Shown here in pieces: positions 1 to 8,749 of a stretch of 54,869 nucleotides of DNA. The DNA is taken from contig DASSOH010000008.1 in the NCBI GenBank assembly GCA_035700865.1, positions 1 to 54,869 of the forward strand, given 5' to 3'. The DNA comes from Candidatus Limnocylindria bacterium (GTDB taxonomy: Bacteria > Chloroflexota > Limnocylindria > QHBO01). The position numbers were made by a program, and so were the translations under genes. The stretch's first letter is position 1; each line of letters starts with the position of its first letter. The notes below the pieces were generated by a model that saw only the letters and a program-made list of their open reading frames with translations, was not told where the DNA came from and did no database searches.

Positions 1-585
1 CTGTGCGAGGGGCAGTACCTGGACATCAGCTTCGAGCGCGAGTCCGAGGTCACGGTCGACGCGTACCTGGAGATGATCGGCAAGAAGACCGCGGCCCTGG
101 TCGGCGCGTCCGTGCAGGCCGGGGCGATCCTCGCCACCGATGACCTCGACGTCGTGGAGGCCTACCGGCGCTTCGGCTACGACCTGGGCATGGCCTTCCA
201 GATGGCCGATGACGTGAAGGGCACCTTCTGGACCTCGGCGGCATCCGGGAAGCCGGAGGCCGGCGACGTGCGCAAGCGCAAGAAGACGCTGCCGCTGGTG
301 TGGGCCCTGGAGCACGCCTCCGACGCCGAGCGTCGCCGGCTGACCGAGATCTACCGACCCGCCGCCACGACCGATGGCCTCGCCTTGAGTGGCGAGACCC
401 CGATGACGGACGATGACGTGGCCGAGGTGCTCGAGATCCTCGAGCGCTGCGGCGCCCGCGAGCACGCGCTGTCGGAGGCGCGGCGGTATCGCGACCTGGC
501 CCTTGCCCACCTCGATCGGCTGCCGTGTCCGCCGGACCGCCGCGACGAGATGGCGGCGCTGGTCGGGTCGGTCATCGCGGCGTAG
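1..585 (+). CDS. polyprenyl (farnesyl/geranylgeranyl) diphosphate synthase, C-terminal part; 5' end lies outside the window
   Basis: Frame 1 is open from base 1 (LCEGQYLDISFE...). It has KKTAAL, the second Asp-rich motif FQMADD and KRKKTLP, typical of trans-isoprenyl diphosphate synthases. TAG stop at 583-585. Confidence 0.85.
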   Translation: MCEGQYLDISFERESEVTVDAYLEMIGKKTAALVGASVQAGAILATDDLDVVEAYRRFGYDLGMAFQMADDVKGTFWTSAASGKPEAGDVRKRKKTLPLVWALEHASDAERRRLTEIYRPAATTDGLALSGETPMTDDDVAEVLEILERCGAREHALSEARRYRDLALAHLDRLPCPPDRRDEMAALVGSVIAA

Positions 586-618
586 CGGGCGGGCATCGGT
601 CGTGCGGAGGAACGACGC

Positions 619-1065
619 ATGAAACGCCTGCTGCTGTGGCTCATCGCCGCCTTCGTCCCCGCCGCCATCGGCGCGCCGTTCCCCGCGCCCGACTACTACC
701 GCCGGCTCAACAAGCCGTCATGGGCGCCGCCGCCGTGGATCTTCGGGCCGGTATGGACCGCGCTCTACGCCATGATCGGCACGTCGGCGTGGCTGGTGGC
801 GCGCCGCGGTGGGGGCGGGACGCGGGCCGCGCTCGGCCTGTGGTGGGCGCAGCTGGCGCTCAACGCGGCCTGGACGCCCATCTTCTTCGGTGCCCGCAAC
901 CGCGGGCTGGCGCTGGTCGAGATCCTGGTCACCTGGGTGGTCATCGTCGCCACCACCGTCGCCTTCTTCACGCGACGCACGGCGGCCGGCCTGCTGCTGC
1001 TCCCCTACCTGGCCTGGGTGACCTTCGCCTCCGCCCTGAGCTACGCAGTCTGGCGCGACAACTGA
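619..1065 (+). CDS. tspO: TspO/MBR tryptophan-rich sensory protein
   Basis: 148 aa with five hydrophobic helices and Trp-rich motifs (KPSWAPPPWIFGPVWTALY, LNAAWTPIFF, LPYLAWVTFA). GGAGGAA SD lies upstream of the ATG. Confidence 0.9.
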   Translation: MKRLLLWLIAAFVPAAIGAPFPAPDYYRRLNKPSWAPPPWIFGPVWTALYAMIGTSAWLVARRGGGGTRAALGLWWAQLALNAAWTPIFFGARNRGLALVEILVTWVVIVATTVAFFTRRTAAGLLLLPYLAWVTFASALSYAVWRDN

Positions 1066-1084
1066 GCCGGGGCCCCGGGCGGGC

Positions 1085-2488
1085 TCAGCCCCCGAGGCGC
1101 TCGATCGCCTCGTCGGCCTCCGCCGGCGCTCGCTCGTCGACGTGGCGCGGGCGTCGCGCCACGACCTTGGCCACGCGACGCGGCTCGGCCGCCTCGACCT
1201 GGAGGTTGACCTCGTCGCGGAAGGGAACCTCCGCGCCGGGGAGCGGGATGCGGCCGACCCGGTGCACCACGAACCCGCCGACCGTGTCGTACGCCTCCTC
1301 GTCAGGCTCGTCCTCGTCGGACAGGTCGAACAGGTCACGCAGGTCGTCCATGCTCACCCGCCCGTCGAGGCGGTAGACCGTCTCCTCGTCGGTCGAGAGG
1401 TTCTCGAGCATCGGCTCCTCGGAGTCGTACTCGTCCTGGATCTCGCCGACGATCTCCTCGACCACGTCCTCCATCGTCACCAGCCCGGCGGTGCCGCCGT
1501 ACTCGTCGACCACGATGGCGATGTGGCGCTTCGCCACCTGCATCTCGTGCAGGAGGTCGTCGACGGGCTTCGACTCCGGCACGTACACCGCCGGCCGCAC
1601 CAGGTCGCGGATGCGGATCTGGCCGTTTCCGCGGCCGTTGCCCTTGAGGTACGGCAGCAGGTCCTTGGCGTAGAGGATGCCGACGATGTTGTCCAGGCTC
1701 TCCTCGAACACCGGCAGGCGGGAGTGGCCGGCGCGGACGATCATGTCCAGCGCCTCGTCCAGCGAGTCCTCCACGTTGATGGCCCGGATCCCGATGCGCG
1801 GCACCATCACCTCGTGCACGCGCTTCTCGGCCAGCTCGATGACCCCGTGGATCATCTCCTTCTCCTCTTCCTCGATCTGGCCCTGCTCCGAGCCGGTCTC
1901 GACGAGCATCTTCAGCTCCTCGGTCGACAGGTAGCCGGCCTGCGGCCGCTCCTTGCCGCCCAGCAGCCGCACCACGACCTTGCTGACGGTGGAGACGAAC
2001 CAGACGATCGGCGAGAGGATGCGGTCCAGCCAGCCGATGGGCCGTGCGACGACGAGGGCGAGTCGCTCGGGGAAGTTGAGGGCCAGGGTCTTGGGGACCA
2101 GCTCCCCGATGATGATCGAGCCCAGCGCGATGACCAGGGTCATGATCACGAAGGCGAGGCCGCCGGCCGCGTCCCGCACGAAGCCGAGCGGGATCAGGCG
2201 CAGAAGGTCGGCCAGGCCCGCCGAGAAGGCCTGCGCGCCGACGGCGCCGGCCAGGAATCCGAGGAAGGTGATGGCGATCTGGATCGTGGCCAGGAAGCGG
2301 CTGGGGTCCTCGGTGAGCCGCTGCGCGATTCGGGCGGAGCCGCTGCCGTCATCGGCCAGCTGGCTCAGGCGGTGGCGCTTGACGGTGATCAGGGCGATCT
2401 CCGACGCGGCGAAGAAGCCACCGACCAGGATGAGCATGATGACAACCACGGCGTCGAGCACCGGGTTGCCGTTGGGACTACCGTCCAT
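1085..2488 (-). CDS. HlyC/CorC (CNNM) family transporter with DUF21 membrane domain, CBS pair and CorC_HlyC C-terminal domain
   Basis: The conserved part starts at [33 protein letters not shown] (ATG 2486-2488). The upstream 50 codons of the track ORF are Arg/Pro-rich and overlap glmU. CBS-like and C-terminal transporter-associated regions are visible. Confidence 0.85.
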   Translation of the reverse strand: MDGSPNGNPVLDAVVVIMLILVGGFFAASEIALITVKRHRLSQLADDGSGSARIAQRLTEDPSRFLATIQIAITFLGFLAGAVGAQAFSAGLADLLRLIPLGFVRDAAGGLAFVIMTLVIALGSIIIGELVPKTLALNFPERLALVVARPIGWLDRILSPIVWFVSTVSKVVVRLLGGKERPQAGYLSTEELKMLVETGSEQGQIEEEEKEMIHGVIELAEKRVHEVMVPRIGIRAINVEDSLDEALDMIVRAGHSRLPVFEESLDNIVGILYAKDLLPYLKGNGRGNGQIRIRDLVRPAVYVPESKPVDDLLHEMQVAKRHIAIVVDEYGGTAGLVTMEDVVEEIVGEIQDEYDSEEPMLENLSTDEETVYRLDGRVSMDDLRDLFDLSDEDEPDEEAYDTVGGFVVHRVGRIPLPGAEVPFRDEVNLQVEAAEPRRVAKVVARRPRHVDERAPAEADEAIERLGG

Positions 2489-3932
2489 CGGGCGGTTGTG
2501 ATCCTGCCTCCACTGCGGGTTCCGATCCCTCCGCTCCGCGGTCGGGTGCGCCGGCCTCCGAGGCGGGACGCGCACGACGGCGCATCTCGATCGGCCGGGC
2601 CGGCATGCCGACGACGGTCTTGCCCGGGGCGACGTCACGCGTCACCACGGCCCCGGCACCGGTCACGGCGCCCTCGCCGATGGTCACCGGGGCCACCATC
2701 ATCGTATCCACGCCGAGCTTGACGCCATCGCCGATGCGGGTCGCATGCTTGGCGGTGCCGTCGAAGTTCGCGGTGACCGAGCCGGCGCCCACGTTCACGT
2801 TCTCGCCGAGCTGGGCGTCGCCGAGGTAGCTGAAGTGGTGCTGCTGCGTGCCGGCGCCCAGGCGGCTCTTCTTGATCTCCGCGAAGTTGCCGATGCGACA
2901 GCGCGGCCCCACGTCCGCGCCGGGACGCAGGTGCGAGTACGGCCCGATCTGCGAGTCCTCGCCGACGGATGCCTCCTCGAGCACGCTGGCCCATACCCGG
3001 GCACGGGGGCCGACCCGGCTGTCACGCAGGTGGCTGTTCGGACCGATGACGGCCTCCTCCCCCACCTCGGTCGCGCCCTCGAGCACCGTCCACGGCTCGA
3101 TCCGCGCGTCCTGGCCGATCGTCACCGTCGCGTCGATGCGCGTCGTCGACGGATCCACGATCGTCACGCCCGCCCGCATGTGCGCCTCCGCGATCCGCCG
3201 CCGCACCCGTTCCTCCGCCGCGGCCAGCGCCACGCGGTCGTTGATGCCGATGGCGTCGTCAGGGTCCGCCGCCTCGACGACGTGGACGCCGCGGCCACCG
3301 GCGACCGCCTCGGCCACCAGGTCGGTCAGGTACAGCTCGCCCGACGAGGAGGGCCGGATGCGCGGGATCGTCGATCGCAGCCACGCCGCATCGAAGGCGT
3401 AGGTGCCCACGTTGATCTCGTCGATCGCCCGCGTCGTCTCGTCCGCGTCGCGCTCCTCGACGATGGCCGTGGCGTCGCCATCCGGACCGCGCACCACCCG
3501 GCCGTAGCCGGTCGGATCGAGCAGCCGGGCCGAGACCATGGCGATCGCGGCGTCCCCGCGTTGCCGCGCCTCCAGGAGCTCGCGGTACAGCTCGGGTGGC
3601 TGGAGCGGGGCGTCGCCCATGGTCACCAGGACGGTGTCCACGGCGACCGGCACGCACTCGAGAGCGAGCCGCACGGCGTCGGCGGTGCCGCGCTGCGGCT
3701 CCTGGCGGACGGTCGGCGCGCGGCCGGCCAGCGAGGCCTCGACCGCATCGGCCTGGTGGCCGGTGACCACGATGGGGGCCGGGACGCCGGCCTGCCCGAG
3801 GGCCGCCAGGACATGGTCGAGCAGCGTTCGCCCGGCGAGTGGATGCAGCACCTTGGCGATGCGGGAGCGCATGCGAGTGCCCTGGCCGGCGGCCAGGACG
3901 ATGGCCGCGGCGCTGGTCGGCTGTGCAGACAC
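2478..3932 (-). CDS. glmU: bifunctional UDP-N-acetylglucosamine pyrophosphorylase / glucosamine-1-phosphate N-acetyltransferase
   Basis: N-terminus AIVLAAGQGTRMRS...KVLHPLAG, with C-terminal left-handed beta-helix hexapeptide repeats. GTG start at 3930-3932. The stop overlaps the next gene's start by 11 nt. Confidence 0.93.
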   Translation of the reverse strand: MSAQPTSAAAIVLAAGQGTRMRSRIAKVLHPLAGRTLLDHVLAALGQAGVPAPIVVTGHQADAVEASLAGRAPTVRQEPQRGTADAVRLALECVPVAVDTVLVTMGDAPLQPPELYRELLEARQRGDAAIAMVSARLLDPTGYGRVVRGPDGDATAIVEERDADETTRAIDEINVGTYAFDAAWLRSTIPRIRPSSSGELYLTDLVAEAVAGGRGVHVVEAADPDDAIGINDRVALAAAEERVRRRIAEAHMRAGVTIVDPSTTRIDATVTIGQDARIEPWTVLEGATEVGEEAVIGPNSHLRDSRVGPRARVWASVLEEASVGEDSQIGPYSHLRPGADVGPRCRIGNFAEIKKSRLGAGTQQHHFSYLGDAQLGENVNVGAGSVTANFDGTAKHATRIGDGVKLGVDTMMVAPVTIGEGAVTGAGAVVTRDVAPGKTVVGMPARPIEMRRRARPASEAGAPDRGAEGSEPAVEAGSQPPDGR

Positions 3933-3940
3933 GTTGCGCG

Positions 3941-3970
3941 ATGGTAGAGGTGGCCGATTCCGGGCGTCAA
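3941..3970 (-). promoter_or_regulatory. candidate sigma-70-type promoter for glmU, giving a leaderless or near-leaderless transcript
   Basis: The minus strand reads TTGACG (3965-3970, overlapping the ridA stop), an 18-nt spacer, then TACCAT (3941-3946). Only 8 nt separate the -10 from the GTG start, and there is no SD. Confidence 0.45.
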
Positions 3971-4359
3971 CCGGCGCCGACCGCGGCCACCGCCTCGATC
4001 TCCACCCGCGCGCCCCTGGGAAGGTCGCGCACCGCGAAGGCGCTGCGTGCCGGGTAGGGCTCCGGGACGAGCCGGGCGTACACGTCGTTGACCGCCGGCC
4101 AGTCGCCGATGTCGGCGAGGTACACCGTCACCTTCACCAGCCGATCCATCCCGCTGCCGGCGGCCTGGAGGATGGCCTCCAGGTTCCTGAGCGCACGCTC
4201 GGCCTGCGCCGCCACGCCGGCGCCGGCGAACTCGCCGGTGGCGGGATCGAGGCCGAGCTGTCCGGCGGTGAAGACCAGGTCGCCGGCGCGGATGGCCTGG
4301 CTGTACGGGCCGGCCGCGGCAGGGGCGGCATCGGTGTGGACGGCATCGCGCGATGTCAT
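3967..4359 (-). CDS. ridA: RidA/YjgF family reactive-intermediate (enamine/imine) deaminase
   Basis: 130 aa with GPYSQAI, DLVFTAGQ and VKVTVYL motifs. Its ATG (4357-4359) overlaps the ispE TGA as ATGA. The upstream part of the 336-aa track ORF is Arg/Gly/Pro-rich junk. Confidence 0.9.
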   Translation of the reverse strand: MTSRDAVHTDAAPAAAGPYSQAIRAGDLVFTAGQLGLDPATGEFAGAGVAAQAERALRNLEAILQAAGSGMDRLVKVTVYLADIGDWPAVNDVYARLVPEPYPARSAFAVRDLPRGARVEIEAVAAVGAG

Positions 4360-5183
4360 TCGGATTCCTCCTCGTGGATGGGTTCGACCGGTGCCGCGGT
4401 GACGCGGCTCCGGGTCAGCGTGGTCTCCAGGCCGGCGGCCTGCAGCCGAGTGGCGGTGGCGCGCAGGCGCTCCGGATCGTCGTCGAGGCTGAAGACGGTC
4501 GGCCCGCTGCCGGTCAGCCTCGGCTCCCCGCCGGCGCGGCGGACCGCGTCGAACAGGTCGTCGAGCGCGGGACGCAGCCGGCGAGCGGGGGCGAGCAGGT
4601 CGTTCTCGAGCGTGCCCCACTCCTCGGGGCGCAGCTCGCCGAAGACGTCGGCGGTCGCCAGGCGGAACGGCGGATGGACCAGCACGACCCCGGTGTCGAG
4701 CGCCGGAGCCTCCCGGACGAGCTCGCCGACGCCGGCGACCGTGGCCGCGGCGACCGCGGCGGCGAAGAACGGGACGTCGGCACCGATCCGAGCCAGCGCC
4801 CGCAGATCGTCGGGGGTCGCCCGCTCCGGCCTCCCGCCCAGGATGCGGCCGAGCCGCCAGGCCGCCGCGGCATCGGAGGAGCCGCCGCCCAGGCCGGCCG
4901 CCGCCGGAATGCGCTTCTCCACCGTCAGGCAGACCAGGTCGGGCGGCGCCCCGAGCCCCGCCACCAGGCCGCGCCACGCCAGGTTTCGCTCGTCGAGCGG
5001 GAGGTCCGCGGCGTCACGGCCCTCGACGCGCAGCCCGCTGCAGCCGGGCAGGGCCAGCAGCCGGTCCGCCAGCTCGAGCAGGACGAGGTCGCTCTCCAGC
5101 TCGTGGTAGCCGTCGTCGCGCCGACCGATCACGCGCAGCGACAGGTTGAGCTTGGCTGGTGCCTCCAGGCGCAGCGGGTCCAT
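4356..5183 (-). CDS. ispE: 4-diphosphocytidyl-2-C-methyl-D-erythritol kinase
   Basis: MDPLRLEAPAKLNLSLRVIGRRDDGYHELES... and the GHMP kinase motif PAAAGLGGGSSDAAA. The ATG at 5181-5183 overlaps the rsmA TGA (ATGA). Confidence 0.9.
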   Translation of the reverse strand: MDPLRLEAPAKLNLSLRVIGRRDDGYHELESDLVLLELADRLLALPGCSGLRVEGRDAADLPLDERNLAWRGLVAGLGAPPDLVCLTVEKRIPAAAGLGGGSSDAAAAWRLGRILGGRPERATPDDLRALARIGADVPFFAAAVAAATVAGVGELVREAPALDTGVVLVHPPFRLATADVFGELRPEEWGTLENDLLAPARRLRPALDDLFDAVRRAGGEPRLTGSGPTVFSLDDDPERLRATATRLQAAGLETTLTRSRVTAAPVEPIHEEESE

Positions 5184-6052
5184 CACAGCAGCGGCGCGAG
5201 GCGTTCCGCGAGGCAGGCCCACTCGGCCACGCTGAGCGTCTGCGGACGACGGTCGCGGGCGATCTCGCAGGCCACGAGCGCCGCCTCGACCGTCTCGCGG
5301 TCGACCGGGAGCTCGCGGGTGAGCCCGTTGTGCACCTGCTTGCGTCGCTCGCGGAAGCCGGCCTGCACGATCCGGTAGAACGGCTCGCGGCGCTCCCCCG
5401 GCGGAATGGACGGCACCTCGCGCCGCCGCAGGCGGAGCACGGCCGAGTCGACGGCCGGCTCGGGCTCGAAGGCGGCGGCCGGGACGCGGGCCACGACCTC
5501 GGCCTCGGCGACGTTCTGCACGAAGACCGACAGGTAGCTCATCCCACCCGGCGGCGAGGCGACGCGCTCGGCGACCTCCAGCTGCACGAGCAGGACGGTC
5601 AGCTCCGGCGGTCGATCTCCCTCCAGGAAGGCGTGCAGCAGCGGGCTGGTGATGTGGTACGGGATGTTGGCCACCAGCTTGAACGGCTCACCGGGGAACA
5701 TCTCGCGCGGGTGGAGCGACAGCGCATCGGCCTCGATCAGCTCGAACCGATCCACGCCCGCCAGCTCGCGACGCAGGTACGCGGCGAGGCGCGGGTCCAG
5801 CTCCACCGCCAGGACCGATGCGCCGGCCGCCAGCAGCCGGCGGGTGAGCACGCCCAGGCCCGGACCGACCTCCACCACGCGGTCACCGGGCTGGAGCTCG
5901 GCCGCCGCCACGATGGCGTCGAGCGCCTCCGGATCGGTCAGGAAGTTCTGGCTCAGGCTCTTGCGCGGGCGGAGCCGCTCGACGCCCATCAGCCGCCGCA
6001 GCTGCCCCGGCGTCGGTGGTGCCAGGCGCTCCGGGGCGAGCGGATCGGTCAC
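5183..6052 (-). CDS. rsmA: 16S rRNA (adenine1518/1519-N6)-dimethyltransferase
   Basis: RPRKSLSQNFL and the SAM motif VVEVGPGLGVLT, plus ANIPYHITSP. A GTG at 6050-6052 overlaps the tsaD TGA (GTGA); an alternative ATG start is at 5989. The remaining N-terminus of the 654-aa track ORF is an artefact. Confidence 0.88.
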   Translation of the reverse strand: MTDPLAPERLAPPTPGQLRRLMGVERLRPRKSLSQNFLTDPEALDAIVAAAELQPGDRVVEVGPGLGVLTRRLLAAGASVLAVELDPRLAAYLRRELAGVDRFELIEADALSLHPREMFPGEPFKLVANIPYHITSPLLHAFLEGDRPPELTVLLVQLEVAERVASPPGGMSYLSVFVQNVAEAEVVARVPAAAFEPEPAVDSAVLRLRRREVPSIPPGERREPFYRIVQAGFRERRKQVHNGLTRELPVDRETVEAALVACEIARDRRPQTLSVAEWACLAERLAPLL

Positions 6053-7095
6053 GCGGGCTCCAGCCACGGCAGGGCGAGATTGGGCACTGCCTCGAGCGCC
6101 GCGTCCGCTCGATCGCCCGCCGCGTACCGGAACCCGGCCGCCGCCCCGATCATCGCCCCGTTGTCGGTGCACCATGCCGGCGGCGGGACGCGAAGCGGCA
6201 GCCCCTCCGCCGCCAGGCGCTGCTGGAGCGTGCCACGCAGCGACCGGTTGGCGGCCACGCCACCGCCCAGCGCGACCTCCGCCACGCCCAGGTCGCGGGC
6301 CGCCGCCACCGTCTTGGTGGCCAGCGCGTCGACCACCGCCTCCTCGAAGGCGGCAGCCAGCCCGTCGACCGGGATCGGCTCCTTGCGGTCGCGGTAGCCC
6401 TGCACCTCGCGCAGGACGGCGGTCTTGAGCCCTGAGAAGCTGAAGTCGTAGGGACCCTCGGTCCGGGCGCGCGGGAAACGGGTCGCCGGCGTGGCGCCGA
6501 CCGCGGCGGCGCTGATGGCCGGGCCTCCCGGATACGGCAGGCCCAGCAGCCGTCCGACCTTGTCGAACGCCTCCCCCGCCGCATCGTCGACGGTCTGGCC
6601 CAGGAGCCGATACCGACCGTGGTCCTCCATCAGCACCAGCTGGGTGTGCCCGCCGCTGACGACCAGGTTCAGCAGCGGGAACTCCGGCTCGGCGGGCAGG
6701 GGCGCATCGGCCTCCACATCGGTCAGCCAGTTGGCGTAGATGTGGCCCTCGATGTGGTTGACGCCCACCAGCGGCAGGTCGTGCGCCACCGCCAGCGCCT
6801 TGGCCACGTTCACGCCGACCAGCAGCGAGCCGATGAGCCCCGGGCCGTAGGTCACGGCCACGGCGTCGATGTCGGACCACTCGACCGCCGCCTGCTCGAA
6901 TGCGGCCTCGAGCGTCGGCACGATCCAGCGCAGCTGGTGGCGCGCCGCCACCTCGGGGACGATCCCGCCGGTTGCGGCGTGCAGCGCGACCTGGGTCGCG
7001 ACCTGGTTCGCCTCGATGCGACGGCCGCCGACGACCACCGCGACGCCGGTCTCGTCGCACGAGGACTCGATGGCCAGGATCCGCGGCGCGCTCAC
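6049..7095 (-). CDS. tsaD: tRNA N6-adenosine threonylcarbamoyltransferase
   Basis: ILAIESSCDETGVAVV, HIEGHIY and GGGVAAN motifs of Kae1/TsaD. The GTG start at 7093-7095 overlaps the rimI TGA. Confidence 0.95.
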   Translation of the reverse strand: MSAPRILAIESSCDETGVAVVVGGRRIEANQVATQVALHAATGGIVPEVAARHQLRWIVPTLEAAFEQAAVEWSDIDAVAVTYGPGLIGSLLVGVNVAKALAVAHDLPLVGVNHIEGHIYANWLTDVEADAPLPAEPEFPLLNLVVSGGHTQLVLMEDHGRYRLLGQTVDDAAGEAFDKVGRLLGLPYPGGPAISAAAVGATPATRFPRARTEGPYDFSFSGLKTAVLREVQGYRDRKEPIPVDGLAAAFEEAVVDALATKTVAAARDLGVAEVALGGGVAANRSLRGTLQQRLAAEGLPLRVPPPAWCTDNGAMIGAAAGFRYAAGDRADAALEAVPNLALPWLEPA

Positions 7096-7571
7096 GTGCC
7101 GATCCTCTCGCGCTGGCCGGCGACGATCTGCCGCATGTGCGGCTCACGCAGCGCCGGCGTGGTCATGACCAGCGCGTCCTCGCCGTCGTCGGTGTAGTAG
7201 TGCGGCCGTCGCCCCACGATCTCGAAGCCGAACGACCGGTACAGGGCCTGCGCGGCGGCGTTCGAGACGCGGACCTCGAGCGTCATGCGGCGCGCCCCGA
7301 TCGCCACCGACAGCTCCGCGACGTTGAGCAGGAGCTGGCGGCCGATGCCCTGCCGGCGCCAATCGGGGTGGACCCCGAAGGTCGTGATGTGCGCCTCGTC
7401 GACCATGAGCCAGATGCCGGCGAAGCCGACGACACGCTCGCCCGCCCGCGCCACGACGTAGCGCGCCAGGCGGTTGCCCTTCAGCTCCTGCTCGAACGCG
7501 TACGCCGGCCACGGGGTGGCGAAGCTGAGCCGCTCGATCTCGTGGACCGCGGAGACGTCGTCCAGGCGCAT
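7092..7571 (-). CDS. rimI: ribosomal-protein-alanine N-acetyltransferase (GNAT)
   Basis: 159 aa with the GNAT acetyl-CoA motif RRQGIGRQLL. It sits in the conserved tsaB-rimI-tsaD position. ATG at 7569-7571 (alternative GTG at 7583). Confidence 0.85.
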   Translation of the reverse strand: MRLDDVSAVHEIERLSFATPWPAYAFEQELKGNRLARYVVARAGERVVGFAGIWLMVDEAHITTFGVHPDWRRQGIGRQLLLNVAELSVAIGARRMTLEVRVSNAAAQALYRSFGFEIVGRRPHYYTDDGEDALVMTTPALREPHMRQIVAGQRERIGT

Positions 7572-7594
7572 CGGGTCGACCACGACGCGGGCCG

Positions 7595-8233
7595 TCAGAG
7601 CCACGTCACGCGGCCCTCGCTGGCGGCGTCCTGGACCCCGCGCGGCGCGCGGAGGTAGATCGGCTCGATCGTGCGCAGGTCGTCGCCGCCGGGGGCCAGA
7701 CGCAGGCGCTCCGCGGCCAGCCGGGCCAGCGCGGCGGCACCACCACGCGGCGGCGTCGCGTTGGACAGCCCGAAGGCGCGAGCCAGCTCGGTGGGCACCA
7801 GGGGTCGGTCGCCGACGATGTCCGGCAGCCGATCGCGCTCCGCGATGTGCGGCGCGGCGTCGCCGGGCCGCAGCACGTAGGCCTCGGCGGCGCCCGCGCG
7901 CGCGACCGCGGCGGTCGCGTCCGGCTCGGAGGCCAGCCACGCCTGCAGGCTCGGCACGCCCACCAGCGGCCGCCCCAGCGAGAGCGCGAGCCCCTTGGCC
8001 AGGCTCATCGCCACGCGGAGGCCGGTGAAGGAGCCCGGACCCAGGCCGACGGCGATGGCACTCGCTCGGTCGAGGTGGTTGCCCGTCTGCTGCAGCAGCT
8101 CCAGGAGGCGTGGCAGCAGCTCCGCCGACTGTCGCTGCTCGCTGGACCACGCCGCATCGGCGATGAGCGTCCCGTCGGGCTGGGCGACCGCGATCGACAG
8201 ATCGGTCGACGCGCTCTCGATGGCGACGATCAC
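7595..8233 (-). CDS. tsaB: tRNA threonylcarbamoyladenosine biosynthesis protein TsaB
   Basis: VIVAIESASTDLSIAVA... and GLGPGSFTGLRV. The GTG at 8231-8233 overlaps the tsaE TGA (GTGA). The upstream 49 codons of the track ORF are Arg/Gly-rich. Confidence 0.88.
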   Translation of the reverse strand: MIVAIESASTDLSIAVAQPDGTLIADAAWSSEQRQSAELLPRLLELLQQTGNHLDRASAIAVGLGPGSFTGLRVAMSLAKGLALSLGRPLVGVPSLQAWLASEPDATAAVARAGAAEAYVLRPGDAAPHIAERDRLPDIVGDRPLVPTELARAFGLSNATPPRGGAAALARLAAERLRLAPGGDDLRTIEPIYLRAPRGVQDAASEGRVTWL

Positions 8234-8724
8234 GCCGGCAGCGCCTCGGCCGCCAGGCGTCGGTGCTGGTCGCCGAAGGCGCGCCACGAGATCCGGCGGT
8301 GCTCCGGGTCGGGCCCGTCGGCGTCGAGCGAGATCTCCAGCCGTCCGTCCGGCAGCCAGCCCTCCAGGCGGTCCGCCCACTCGACCACGGCCACGCCCGC
8401 GGCCTGGCGGTCGTCCAGCAGGCCGGCGGCGATCGCCTCCTCCGGGTCTCCCAGGCGGTAGGCGTCGACGTGGTAGAGCCGCAACCGGCCCGCGTGCTCG
8501 TTCATGAGGACGAAGGTGGGGCTGTTCACCACGCTGCGGACCCCGAGGCCCTCGGCGACACCCTTCGCGAGCTGCGTCTTCCCGGCGCCGAGCTCGCCGA
8601 TCAGCGCCAGCACGGTGCCCGGCACCGCGGCGCGGCCCAGGGCGCGGCCGAGCGCGCGCGTCTGCTCCGGCCCGGTCGTCGAGCCCACGCCGCTGGCGTC
8701 GGGGGCGAGGATGGCGGGTTCCAT
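8230..8724 (-). CDS. tsaE: tRNA threonylcarbamoyladenosine biosynthesis ATPase TsaE
   Basis: 164 aa with Walker A LIGELGAGKTQLAKG, then SPTFVLMNEH and YHVDAYRL. ATG at 8722-8724. Confidence 0.9.
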   Translation of the reverse strand: MEPAILAPDASGVGSTTGPEQTRALGRALGRAAVPGTVLALIGELGAGKTQLAKGVAEGLGVRSVVNSPTFVLMNEHAGRLRLYHVDAYRLGDPEEAIAAGLLDDRQAAGVAVVEWADRLEGWLPDGRLEISLDADGPDPEHRRISWRAFGDQHRRLAAEALPA

Positions 8725-8731
8725 GGGCGCC

Positions 8732-8737
8732 AGTATA
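8732..8737 (-). promoter_or_regulatory. TATACT -10 element 7 nt upstream of the tsaE ATG (leaderless-type promoter; no convincing -35)
   Basis: The minus strand reads cttccTATACTggcgcccATG. This is the same -10 hexamer as the rpoB, rpsL and infA promoters, and there is no SD. Confidence 0.4.
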
Positions 8738-8749
8738 GGAAGCGCGACC

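Noticed and set aside
1066-1084. The palindrome ccggggccccgg between the convergent tspO and CorC-like genes as a bidirectional terminator.
   Set aside because: The 19-nt gap allows only a very short stem (4-5 bp around a 4-nt loop) and has no U-tract. That is too weak to call.
5183-7147. 654-aa ORF that seems to fuse rsmA to a large N-terminal domain.
   Set aside because: Only the C-terminal roughly 270-290 aa match RsmA. The N-terminal part is out-of-frame read-through across tsaD, which is clearly encoded in another frame at 6049-7095.
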